Source of the DNA: Camelus dromedarius | Lineage: Eukaryota | Assembly: GCF_036321535.1 (NCBI RefSeq) | Contig: NC_087437.1 | Location: 79,982,001 to 80,046,000 of the forward strand | Direction of reading: 5' to 3' | Length of the DNA stretch: 64,000 nt | Part shown: piece by piece, positions 11,501-24,214 of the stretch | Layout of the letters: each line of letters starts with the position of its first letter | Position numbering within the stretch: position 1 is the first letter of the stretch | The notes under the pieces: model-generated | Databases searched by the model: none | Seen by the model: only the letters and a program-made list of their open reading frames with translations | What the model was told of the DNA's origin: nothing | Translations under genes and position numbers: made by a program

Positions 11501-14180
11501 ACTGTATGGTTTCACTTATATAACCTAAAAAAAAAATAAAACAAATGAACAAACAAAATAAAACAAAAACAAATTCATAGATACAGAGAACCTAGTGGTT
11601 ACCAGAGGAAAAGGGGGTTGGGAGTTGGGTAAAATTGATGAAGCATGTCAACTATGATGATGGACGGTAGACTTGTGGTGGTGATCACTTTTTAGTGCAT
11701 AAAGACACTGAATTATAATACTGTACACCTGAAACATATTTTAAAAAATGAAATAGCAAAATACTAGACATAAATGTAACCACATTAATAATTATTACAT
11801 TAAATATAAATTAACTGAATACCCCAATTAAGAGGCAGAATATCAGTCTGGATAAAGAGCAAGACCCAACTGAATACAGGCTCCAAACAAAGCATTTTAT
11901 ATAAAAAGACATACAGACTAAAATTTAATGGATGAGGGGGAAAAGTATATTATGAAAACACTAAGTTCAAGGAAACTGGAATGACTACCTCAATAACAGT
12001 CAAAGAGTATTACAAGACATAAAGAAGGATATTTGATAATGAAAATAAGACAATTTATAAGGAAGACTGAAATCTTAAAAATGTATAGATTTAGTAAAAG
12101 AATGTCCAAGCAAATAAAGCAAAAATAGAAAAAAAAAAAAAAAAAACTAAAGGGAGAAGTAAACACATCTACAAATAGCTGGAAATTTTAATACATCCTC
12201 TCAGTAATGGATAGAAAGAAAAAACCAAATTCAGTCAGTGAATACATGGATTTCTGAACCTGTCCCAATTGACATTTATAGGACACCACAGCCAATTATC
12301 TCTAGGATATAGAGTGCTTATGGAACATTCATCAAGACAGTCCAAATATGGACAATAAAATAAGTTTCAAAACATTTCAAATATCTAAGTCATAGAATAT
12401 GTTCTCTAGTTATTAAAATGAGATACCTAATCAAAACAATGAAATATATAGAAAACTACCCCCAAATTATCAGAACTTAATTAATACACTTCTAAATAAC
12501 CCATAAATCACAGCAGAAATCACAAGGGAAATTAGATAAAATTTCAAAATGAGGAATAATGAAAACACAATATATCAACTAAAGCAGCATTTAGAAGGAA
12601 TTTTATAGTTTTTAATGTCTATTAGAAATGAAAGATTTTAAATGATCTAATATTTCACATTAAGCTACAAAAATAAGCAAGTTGAAATCAAATTAAATGA
12701 AAGAAAAAGTGTAAAGATAAGAACAGAACTCAAATAAGTATAAAATAAAAATATAGGAAATTTAAAAACTAAAAGATTCTTAACAAAGCAATAAAATTAA
12801 TAAACTCTACATCATTAGGAAATAAGAGAAAAAAGTACTACTATCAAGAATAAAAACTGTAACTCAATTTAAAAAGTTTATATAATAAAGAATAAAAACA
12901 AGTATGCTACTTTAGGTATCAGAGGCATTAAACAAGTAAGAGAATATTATGAAAATTTTTACAATAATAAATTTTATAACTTAGATTAAATAGAAAATTA
13001 CTTGAAAAATACAATTTACCAGAAGAAACTGTGATGCTGAATAACCCTCTAATTCTTTTTTTTTTAATTACTTAAAATTTGAATTTGTAATAAAATAAAT
13101 CTTCCCCAAAAGAAAACTTCAGATTGAGTAGGTTTCACTGGTGAATTTTATCAAACATTTAAGGAAAATGTAATACTAATTTACAAAATTTTTTGTTTAA
13201 AGGAGAGGCAGAGAAAAAAAATTCCCAACTCATTTTACAAAATGACTATAATCTTGATACCAAAGTTTGAGAAAGACAAGGAGAAACAACAGCTCCCAAT
13301 ATCCTTCATGACACAGACACCAAAATCCTCAAAAATGTCAGAAAATCAAATTCAGCAATTTATATAAAGAATAAACAAGGATATTATAAGGATAATGCAA
13401 AGATAATAGAGGATAGAGACAAGGAGTGAAAGGTTATTTTCACATTAAAAACTCAATCATGTAATTTACCACCTTTGCAGAATAAAGGTTATGTCATATG
13501 ATCATTTCAAAAATTACAGAAGTATCTGACAAAATCTAAAACCCAGTGTTAGTAAACCTCAAAACCTAAAATAAAACAAACTCTAATTTTCTCTTTTTAC
13601 TTTTTCTTTCCTAACAAAGAGCATCTTCTAAAAAAATGCCTCATACTTACTGGTGAAAGACTAAATGTTTTCCCTTTAGATTAGGAACAAAGGCAAGAAC
13701 TTCAGTTTTATTGTATTAGAGGCCCTAGCAATGTAATAAGGCAAGAAAAAAAACGTACATACTGAAAATCAAGAAGTAAAAAAAGTTTCTATTTATAGAC
13801 ATCATAATTATCTACATAGAAAATTCTTTTTTAAAAAATCTGAAAAATACTGCATTAATAAACAAATTCAGAAAGCTTGAAGTATAAAAGGTCAATATAA
13901 AAAATCAATTGTATTCTACAGATCACTAATAAACATCTGGCAATAGACTTAGGATAGAAAAAAATTTTGAAAAACAACAAAGTCGGATGACTTACTGGAC
14001 TTACTCTAAAGCTACAGTAATCAACAGGGTGGTATTAGGTAATACTAACATAAAGGTATTATATATATATAATAGGTACCAACATAAAGGTAAGCATATA
14101 GATCAATGGAAAAGAATACAGGGTCCAAAAATAGACCCACACATATAAATCAACTGATTCAGCAAAGGTGCCAACACAGT
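8600..14180 (+). mobile_element. Ancient, heavily decayed L1 (L1M-type) with ORF1 and ORF2 remnants
   Basis: Strongly A-rich plus strand. ORF1 C-terminal remnant tgtcaacccagaattctgtatc...aaaatacccttcaaaaac at ~10175-10220. ORF2 endonuclease start attacattaaatataaat... at ~11790 and RT remnants ggtttcactggtgaattttatcaaacatttaaggaa at ~13130. Boundaries are approximate. Confidence 0.8.
10794..11750 (+). mobile_element. 5'-truncated L1 (L1MA-like 3' end) nested in the older L1
   Basis: ORF2 C-terminal remnant (track ORF 11327..11539 contains KKNEILPFATTWMDLEGIRLSELSQ) followed by the 3' UTR. Exact 12-bp TSD AAATAGCAAAAT at 10782-10793 and 11751-11762. Confidence 0.9.
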
Positions 14181-16942
14181 TTAACAAAATTAAGGTATTA
14201 GGAAAAAGATATTCATCACCTTCCAAACAACAGAGCTGGAGGTGGGAGGTAGAGGAACTCCTCTTACAGACCCACAGATTCTGCCATTAGCATCAGTATG
14301 ACTGCCAAGAGGTCAAAGATAACTGGGCAAAACTGAGATTAATTCTGCAATTGCCAGGCTTCCTATACTTGATTCAATCCACTGAGTCACTCTATCCCTA
14401 TATTTGATTTCAAATATCATATTAAAGTTTTTCTAACTTATTTGTAGATAATTGGCAGCCAAATTGCAGTTATATTTTAAAAACTATATATATAGGATGA
14501 ACAACATAAAAAGAGGTGGGACTTTTCCTTTTAATCAAATGCATTTAGGTTTCACTAATCTATCTCATTGTTTGATGATAGAACCTGGCAGGAAAAAAAA
14601 AATGTTTCCATTAATTAGGTCTAAACTGTTTCAGTTATGAGTGAATGACCCTTAACAGAAAATTGATTTCTGTTTTACATAATGAATAAGTGCATCTATA
14701 TAGGACATATACTTTTGTCAAATAGATTATCTCTAATCTAAATTATTTTTAATTGCAGAAGCTCTTTTTGGTGGAATCATTTCCTAATGAGATTTAGCTT
14801 GATTTGAGTAAAAAAAAAGAAAAACTGTATAAATGTCTCATTTGTTCCTGCTCATTTGAATAAGAGCCAAAGTAATATTGTCTCAAAGAGACGGTTTTTC
14901 CAAATGTAGTTTATGCAGTAATAAGTTATTGACGTTAACATTTCCAGTCCTTATTACTACAAAGCTAAGTATCACCAAAATCCATCCATTCATTTCTATT
15001 TGACACACAGGATATAGTCAAGGTTGGGAGGTCCTACATTGAACATATTACATTTTCCCTTTATCTCCTCCCAAAGTCCATGAAGTTTAATTTTCGTTGC
15101 ATTGTATTTTGATACTGTGCCAATTTTTTAAATGTCCTTCCTCCCAAATAACTAAAATACAAAAATAGTACAAAGAAGGAAAGTCATGCTATCACTGATT
15201 GCTTTTTAAATACAAAGGCTGGTATTGGTGGCAGATGAATTTTGGTTCTGAAGAGCTTCATCTTCCTCTTTTTATCTCCTGCCAACACCAAATAAAGATT
15301 TGGTAATTAAATATTTCAGTGAATTTCAATTGTGAAAAAAAGGCCAATTTAGACCTTGGACCATTTAGTATTTATTGTCCATGAGAAATGAAGATGGATG
15401 CTTCAGTCTGAACTATATTAACTGTCTATAAAGCAATTTCAAGAGACAACTGTAAATCCTCCAATGTAACTCATACTCTCTGGATCAGGCAGAAATTCCC
15501 TGCTCTAGTTACACTACTATTTTACCCAATACATAAGCAAAAGACTTGAACATCTTCATCTTTACTCCCCGCTTTGAGCAATTTAATTTTATGAGGATCA
15601 AACTGAATTTAGTTTTCATCATTGCCATTACTCTACTTACTCTTTAGAAATAGGCAGACCTCATGGAGTAGGCAGATAAAGAAGTACGACGCATAGGAAT
15701 ACAGGGAGTCCACTGTATAAAATTATTTGCATTCTCCTGAAATTGAGACCTTTTTGAATTGTGTCTCTTGGCTTGCTCTGCCATTACCATCATCACCTAA
15801 GGGAGATGAGTCATCATTAATGGAACTATTCAAGGGCTAAGAGTAGCAGTAATGACCTTCAGGGGAAAGGACTCAACTCTTAGAGTCATTGAATTGCAAG
15901 TTTCCAAAAACACAAATACACATTAGCATATTAATGGGTATATCGCACAGTAGTTTTTACCTCTCTATAACTAGATTATACTGGCCCTTGCTTCATATGA
16001 ATTTCCTAACTAGAGGGAACATATTGAAGAGAATGTTAGTGGGAATCACATGTGCATTTCAGAACAAAATTCTGCCCCAGAGCTTGCTTTATAAAATGAC
16101 AGGCAGGCAACCAGAATGTGAAATCCATCCTTTGCCATGATGATAAAAACCACCACACTGAGATGCTGAAGGGTTCTTCTATACTGCTGAGACAATCCTT
16201 TTAGTTGCCACTCTTTATCAATCTCTTCCCTCCTCGAATCTGTCCCTGATTCTGCCATCTAGTAAAACTGGAAGCATGCATGGTTGTAGCTGTAGTGGAC
16301 TTGCTGGGCATTTGAGAAACCCTCCTAATTGGAGAGTTCCCTATAACTAGCCCAAATATAACATTATAAGCTGCTTATTATAAAGTGTATTTTTTTCTCC
16401 CAGAATTTAATCATCAAAGATGCTTCATCAGCAGCCAATATGATGGTAGTTTGATCTTTTATCACACAATTGAGAGCTCTGGGAATCAGTGGATCCTTAT
16501 ACTTCACATGGTCCATAAACAGCACCAGCCAGGGACTGGCCAAATGCATCATGTCATGCCAGGAGATTTCTTCAGCTGCTCCTTGTCGTGCCCAGTAGCG
16601 GGTTACATTCCTTAACCCTGTGTTGCAATGTGGAATTGCTGCCTTTGGTGGGGGAGGTAGGGGAGGTGGGGGATAAGAGGTCACCTCCCTTCCTATAGTT
16701 TAAGAACCAAAAGTAGTCTTGTCCAAACAAGAATACACAGCTGTTTGGTACCAAGAGTTAGAATTTGGATGTCAAGACTGTCTGAGAAAGCTGGCTGCCC
16801 AATGTGTGGAAACCTCATGGCCTGTAGGATGCTGGCAGAGTAAAAAACGCTATGCATCCATGAGATGATGAGTTTAGATGCAGCCCCCACTACCAGGAGG
16901 AGGGAAATAGGCTCTGGTGTCCCTGCTGCCTTATTGTCCAGG

Positions 16943-17506
16943 TGTTAGAGCAGGCATGCAGCTAGATTTGAGCAGAGAAAGGGGGACACGGGGACACATG
17001 GCAGGAAACCACACATCTTGAGAATAAAGGGGGTCCTTGGACAGACCAAGCAAAACAGGAACCTCTGGACTGATCAGAAATCATATATTGTGGGGTGACA
17101 AGTGTCCTTGAGGCAAGCAAAGAAAGGTGGGACAAGACAGGAATCTCCATCATCTGAATGTAACCTTTCGCTGGTTATACTCCCCTTTGAATGTAACCTT
17201 TTGCTCATTATGCCCTCATCCGACTCTGACTCCCCAGTCAAGACTAAATAAGGTGAAGCTGGGATGAAGATCAGGAAAGATGACCTCAAAGCCCTCCCTA
17301 CTGATGAATATTGTGCCCATTCATCTTTACACCCATGTAACAAGCTTGCCAAAGAACCTGAGGGCAGCTACCCACCTGGGTCTGCCAGCTCTCCCCTTGA
17401 GAGTGTGTTATTTATCCTTAGTAAATCCTTGCCTTGCTTTCTTGACCTCCTTGTCTCATTTCTGAATTCTTTCTGTGATGAAACAAGAACTTGCTCTCCG
17501 GCAACA
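16943..17506 (+). mobile_element. Solo LTR, 564 bp, probably ERV1 class
   Basis: TGTT...AACA termini. 4-bp flanks CAGG/CAGA (one mismatch). AGTAAA signal near 17420, followed by a pyrimidine-rich U5 (ttctgaattctttctgtgatgaaacaagaac). Internal direct repeat TGAATGTAACCTTT.GCT. Confidence 0.8.
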
Positions 17507-19639
17507 CAGACTCCTCCCAGAAAGCTCTGCTCAGTGTACCACACATTCCATTCAGAAGAACAGTCCTAAATATAGCCTTATACTATGTGATTTGGGGAAA
17601 ACAGTCAGCAAAGCTCTTATTAAGTTCATTTCAAGAGTTGGTTTCAAGACTTACTCATGACTAAACCTCCAATGATAAGAGTAGTAAACACTCTCAGTGT
17701 TAATCCCCCAAACAGACAGAAAGATCCTGAACTACCAATCTTTTACCATCAAAATAATAAAGACTTATTACTATCTGCAACATTTCTAAAACTCAGCAGA
17801 AAAATTCTTTAAAAGATAACTTTGTCCCCAAAACACATCCCACTAGATTCTTTAAGAACTGTTGACTACTTTAGGGAAACACGTGCTCAGCTGGGTTTTA
17901 TTTGGTTGCCTTTCTGATTCACAGACTAGAATATGACTAGCAATTTTTTTTTTGCCAGCACTATAGTTGTGACTTAGTCATTTTTTGTTTTATCATAGTT
18001 TTATATTTCTATACTAGTACATGTGTGTCTTTTCCCCACTGACAGCTTGAGCAAAGCAAAAATGATGACTTATTTTAGATATGCAGGAATTCTATGTGAG
18101 TATTATTGCATGCCATTTACTGACACCAGGAGGGTGGGAAAATTACTATTATAAATGATTTTATGTTTCTGAATACTCATACATAAATTCTATTTTATAT
18201 GTCCCCAAAGGGACTTTGAGTCCTATGTGTATTTCCTTCTCCATGAAAATAATCACTGTAGAAATGAAATAATTACCACCTAGTTAATTTGTTTCATAAA
18301 TTTGAAACTGAATTGATAATATTTTCTAAAATAATCAAGCATGTCTCATGTCACAGAGAAGGCATCACCTTTTTCAAAATGGGCAAATCTAACCTTGAAT
18401 TAGCATGTACAAAACCTGTGGGATCAGTGAGACGGAAAGAGTGTCATTATATCAGCAGAGCTTATGACTGACAGGTAGCGACATTACAAATTATAAATAC
18501 ATGATAAACACATTCTTTGTATTAATGCTTGAACTGTTCTGCTCTTAAACCAGCATGTTTCTGCGTCAACGCACTGCTACTGAGGCAGTGCTATGTTGAT
18601 GCACCTGTGTGTTAGCGTTCACAAATGTACTGAGGCATCATATTACTGGATTTGGTTTGGTGTACACAATGCCATAGGGTCAGCAGTGTTGATGTTGTCT
18701 CAGAAGCCATTCCAATTAGCATCCTCATGCCATTTTTGTATATACTAAGATGTTGCTCGTAAGGGCAATAGTGAAGAAAATACTTCTTTTGTAGGTGTCA
18801 CACACACCCCCAACTGTCAGAGAAACAGATTAAGCCGAGCTTAAAGACACCATTCGGAAAACAAAGGGATGAAACCTTAGGAATTATGCAGTCACCTACA
18901 AATGACTGTTCCAAAATTCTTATGTCTATGTCTTTTTTGCAATTTTAGGCTGCATTTACATTAAGAAGACATATCTCCTGTGTATGTGTTGGGTTTTATA
19001 GAGGCTTCTCTCAGACATTTATATTAGGAATTCAATTTTGAAATAAAAGTCATTCCCAAATTAGGCTGATATGTTTATTAAAATGAAATTCATGCCCAAA
19101 TCCCCAAATGGCTCTGATGATAATTAACCAAAATCAAGTATTAGAATGCTGCAATTTTTAAAAAATGAAACTGACAATTTTTAAAAGAACACAGTCACCT
19201 ACTATAGATCAAATTTTAATGCATTTTCTTAGTCTATTGTCATTTCAAGAGCTTTGTTGAACATTTCCTATTTTCCTAGCAAGAGAACAGTAGCACATTA
19301 AAAGAGATCTCTTCAGAATGATATTTCTTTGCTGAAACATGTACTCAGTTGAGTGTATTTACATTAGTTCTTCACTTCCAAATGTTCATTGCATTTTATA
19401 AGATAATCTAATTTTAGTAATCACAGTGTCTATAACACTGGTGAGTGGAAATTAGCATTCCCATTTTCCAGCTGAGGGATTGAAAAAGGGGGTAACCCTT
19501 TTCTAGGGTCAATTCAAATGAGAGAGAGCATCAAGACCTAACCAGAATTCACAACCAAAACACCTGCTGTTCCTAGAACACACCCCACAACTCCTCTTGA
19601 GTTTTTCTTTTGCTAACTGTGTGTGAACAAAATCCTACA

Positions 19640-19835
19640 TTACATAGCACTTAATGTTTCCAGGAAAATTTAACATGTATTATTACACAGAATCCTCACA
19701 ACTGTGGGAAGGTGGGTATGTTCAGCCCATTTTGCTCAGGAGAAATGAAAGCTGAAAGAGATAAATTGACTTTTCTAAGGTCACATGTATGATAATTGGC
19801 AGAGCTGGGGTTAGAGGTCAATCGGACTTCAAAAG
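19640..19835 (-). mobile_element. MIR SINE
   Basis: aatcctcacaac...cccattttg...aaggtcaca...ggcagagctggg is the antisense MIR core. Confidence 0.7.
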
Positions 19836-20608
19836 CAGCATCCTTTCCTCTTCCCCATTACTACAGTCGTCTCTTCCTGAGGCCCTGCTGTCTCTGCCAG
19901 TAAAAGCATATTTCATACTTCAAAGCTGTCTCAATACCACCTACTCCACAAATTCCCTAATGCCCCAATGTTCCCACAAGGAATCTGTATAAATATCTTG
20001 CATACAATAGTAATATGTGGCTTACTTCTTTTTCTAGGGTGAAGCAGTAAAAAGGAAAAAACCGGGGAGCCTTGCACACAGCACTTGTTCAAAGAACATC
20101 AAGTGAACAAAGGGATGAACTAATGAATGGAGCCATTAACCAAGGGAAAGAATTATTTTTTTAATGTTTTTGTAACAACAGTCCTAACAGTTGACAGTGT
20201 ATTTAGAATATTATCTGGCCTCCCCTCCAGGAAAGAGTATCTGTGGACCTAGTCTGGCCTAAGGGGAGGAGAAGATGGGGCGAGTTCACCTGTGGCACAG
20301 AGTAAGGTGGGAAGGCTCTCCCAGTGCCAGGTGAGGGTGGCCCAGGAAACCTGGTAAGTTCAGAAAATTTAACTCTAAGGGAGCAGGCAGTGGGGGAATC
20401 CTGGATCCTACAAAACTGTATGGACCCCTGTCATAACAGAAGCTTGACAACCAAGTTTTGTATGAACCAAGAGATGTTCCTCCTGTCTTAGCAACTGATC
20501 CACACAGGATCCCAGAGCACCTCATACGTATCAACTGGCCCCAGTGTTCGCAGTCTGAGTCAGGCGGAAGTTAGGACAGAAGAGGCATCGCATGCTTGTG
20601 ATGTCACT

Positions 20609-20722
20609 AGACTCTAAGGCCTCTGAGGGATGGGACTGTGTCTTGACCACCATTACTTTGTCAGTACAAAGCACAGTGTCTGATGCTTTAGGGATACTTA
20701 ACACCTTTTTCAAATAAATAAA
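20609..20722 (+). mobile_element. L2 3' end
   Basis: agactctaagg...tgagggatgggactgtgtc...agcacagtgtctg followed by an (AAAT)n tail. Confidence 0.6.
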
Positions 20723-21060
20723 TAACCAAACGCCCAGATTACTGTCGAGGGGAAGGGGTTCCCTATAGCCAACCAGCTTCCCCCAAAATGCTCTGTGGGG
20801 AGATTAGCTTAATACGTGTCCCACGGCAGCCCCTGGCCCCTCACCTTGAAGAGACTGAATGTCAGCACACCTGCAGCGATTTTTCTCTCAGATGCAGGCT
20901 TGCACTAACTGAACTCAAAGAAATGATCAATAAAACCAGATTGACAAATGATTTATTTTAGTATAAAAGCTACTTGATTCAGTTTCTCAATTCTATCTGA
21001 CACATTATTTCCCTAAAGACAAAAGGTTCCTGAATGAGAGTACAATCAAAAACCTGGATA

Positions 21061-21230
21061 ATCCTATGATATCGCTTGTATGTGGAATCTAAAAAATGAT
21101 ACAAATGAACTTATTTACAAAACAAAAAGAGACTCAGAGACATAGAAAATAAACTTTTGGTTGCCAAAGGGGAAAGGGGAGGAGGGAAAAGTGAGGAGTT
21201 TGGGATTAGCAGATAAACATATATAAAAAA
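21061..21230 (+). mobile_element. Older cetartiodactyl-type L1 3' end, left half (split by younger L1)
   Basis: atgatatcgcttgtatgtggaatctaaaaaatgatacaaatgaacttatttacaaaaca...gggattagcaga. The sequence continues at ~25997. Confidence 0.85.
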
Positions 21231-22967
21231 AAATGAGAAGGGACAAGATGGCGGAGTAGAAGGACGCTGGTAGCTCACCCTCTCCCACAAATACCCCAAG
21301 ACTGACATCCACAGACCCACCCTTCCACTCAGAACACCTGCTGAACTCTAACATCGCAGTCTTCAAAAGACAAAATACACCACAAATCTGGTAGCAGAAG
21401 AGGAAAGAAGAAAAAGGAAAACAGTGCGAGACTGGTCCCGTGGGGAGGGAGCGGCAAAGGCGGAACAGCGCCCCTTCACTGGGTCTCCGCTTCTCCAACA
21501 GAGAAGTCAGCGGGATGGAGCGGGAACCTCCGAGGCTCGGATCTGTATGGAATAGCGCTTAACCGACAGAACTAAGATAAACGGGCACAAAGGGCACCCG
21601 TGGCCCCCAGCCCTACACATGAACTGGCAATGGTGGGCGGGACAGGACAGATGGCCGAGCCGGGAGAACTCGGGCTGGCTGTACAGAGGCAACCTCGGGG
21701 GACTGCAGTGTGTGTGCTGTGCGCCATGGCCGGGAGGGTATATAGATCAGAATAGCCTGGGTCGCCTATGAAAAAAATGAAAGAAAAAAAAAAAAAAAAA
21801 GCAAAGCAATACTGCTAGTGTGTCCTAAGGGGAGGGGCGCCGCAGCCTTTGTCTCCGCAGACCCTTGGCGCCATTACTGCCGTGTTCTCCGGAGAAGAGA
21901 GGCGGGGCTCAGCCGCAGCCGCCATGTTCCCTGGGGCACCGCTCCCAGGCGGAGGTGGGGTTGAAACCCGAATCCTTACCTAGCAGCCAGGCAGGACAGA
22001 GATTTGTTTACAGCCCTAGGCAGAAGGGACTGTTCTGCCGCAGTGTCTCTATAAACTCGCGCCTCTAAGACACAGGAACAAGGAGTTGAGTTCTGACACA
22101 CACAGGCCTGAGGGCTGGTGCCGCCCTTCTCTCCAAGCCCGCCTAGGAGTGCAGACCCTACTGCAGTGCGGAGAGTGGCACAAAACAGGGGAGCAACCCA
22201 CTCACCTACCATGCGGGAGCGCAGCACCAGAACACAGCGTTGGGAGGCGGTGCGACCCACCCACTGCCTGCACTGAGAGCAGCACAGACTGGGGCGCAGC
22301 CCGCCCACCTAAAGGTCACTGAATGGGGAGCGACGCGCCCAACTACCATGCGCAAGCGCGGCGCCGGAAAGCAGTGTTGGGAGGGGGCGAGACCCGCCCG
22401 CCTACCTGCACAGACCTGAGGCACGACCCGAGCACCTCTGGAACCAGGTAGCAGAGTTCCCTCAGAGGGTGAGGGCAGTAAGTGCGACAACCACAGAACA
22501 AAAAGGCCCAGCTCAATAGCCAGGGCAGGCTCTCACACCACAACACTGGCCACACCCCCAGCCAAAGGGATAACAGACGAAAGGCCTAGAAGGAAGACTT
22601 GGCAACCACCTATATTTAAGAGGGACCTCGTGACAAAATTATTAAGCAGGCAGCCTCCACGGGAACACACTGACCTTTTTTTTCTCCTTTCTTTTTTCTT
22701 TTTCTTTTTTTAGTTTTTTTTTTAAACTTTTTTATTTTTTAAATCACTTAAAATTTTCTTTAAAAATTTTTTTATTAATTTTTAAAAATTTCTCTATTTG
22801 ATTTTTATTTCTGTTTGTTTTGTTCTTCTGTTATTGATTATACTGTTTTCAAATCTTTTAGTTTTATTTCCAAATCCACTTTAGATAAATAAACAAATAA
22901 ACCCCCTCAGGACCACAGTAGATGACTGATATTCCATAATCCATAGTGCCAGAGAGATATATGTAAA

Positions 22968-23860
22968 ATGAAGACGCAGAAGAACCACTCCCAATTAAAA
23001 GAATATGAGAAATCCCCTGAAAGAACAATCAATGAAATAGACCTTGATAGTCTACTAGATCCTGACTTCAAAAAAGGAGTGCTCAAAGTACTGAAGGACC
23101 TAAAAGAGATTGTGAATAGAGACAGAGAATATATTAAAAGGAAATTGAAACTATAAAGAGAACCCAATTAAAATTGGAAAACTCATATGCTGAGATGAGA
23201 GCTGAGCTAAAGGCTATAAAAAGTAGGCTGGATAATGCAAAGGAACAGATAAGTGACTTAGAAGGCAGGACAACAGAAGTCATCCAATCAGAACAGGTGA
23301 CAGAATTACAAATAAAAACCAATGAAAACAATACAAGGGACCTATGGGATAATATAAAGTGTGCCAACCTACACATAAAAGGGTTCCCAGAAAGAAAAGG
23401 AAGAGCAAAAGGGATTGAAAAGGTATTTGAATAAATCATGACTGAAAACTTCCCAAACCTAAAGAAGGAATCAGATATCCAAGTACAGGAAGCACAGAGG
23501 AGTCCAAATATTAGAAGAACCCTAACAGACCCACACCAAGACATTATAATCAGGATGGCCAGGGTTAAGGATAAAGAAATTGTTTTAAAGGCAGCAAGAG
23601 AAAAACAAAGAGTGAGTTACAAGGGAACCCCCATAAGGCTTTCAGCTGATCTCTCTACACAAACACTGCAGTCCAGAAGGGAGTGGCAAGATATATTCAA
23701 AGTCCTGAATGAAAAAAAGATGCAACCTAGGATACTTTATCCAGGAAGGCTAACCTTTAGAATAGGAGGAGAGATAAAGAACTTCATAGACAAGCAAAAA
23801 CTATAAGAATTTATCAACATGAAACCTATGCTATAAGAAATATTGAAAGGTCTATTCTAA
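22968..23860 (+). pseudogene. L1 ORF1p remnant (frameshifts and in-frame stop)
   Basis: Three track ORFs carry L1 ORF1p coiled-coil/RRM/CTD sequence. TAA at 23432-23434 and a frame change near 23150. Confidence 0.9.
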
Positions 23861-24214
23861 CTAGAAAAGAAGCAGGATGCTACAGAAAGGAGAAAGCCAT
23901 AATTGGAATGGTGATAACTACGATGAATTGCAACAGAATAAACTTGAATTGTAAAAGAGGACATCTAAATCATAAAAATATATAGAGTTTTTTTTTTTTT
24001 TTATTCTTGGTAGGATGGGTTTGAGCTTATATCACTATCAGTTTAAAACAAACATATTTAGTAATGGGTTAATATACATACAAAACAGGCTAACCAAAAA
24101 CCTTACAATAGAGTCACAAAGACTAAAAAGAAACCAAGACAATATAAAGGAAAATTATCAAAACACAGAAGGAACAAAGAGGAAATACCAAGTCAACTGC
24201 AAAAATAAGTTCAA

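Noticed and set aside
16647..16672. Possible G-quadruplex
   Set aside because: Only three runs of three or more G, so it does not meet the canonical four-run pattern.
21500..22560. Cluster of GC-rich ORFs suggesting a gene promoter or first exon
   Set aside because: The cluster lies wholly inside the L1 5' UTR, and the ORFs reflect low stop-codon density in GC-rich DNA.
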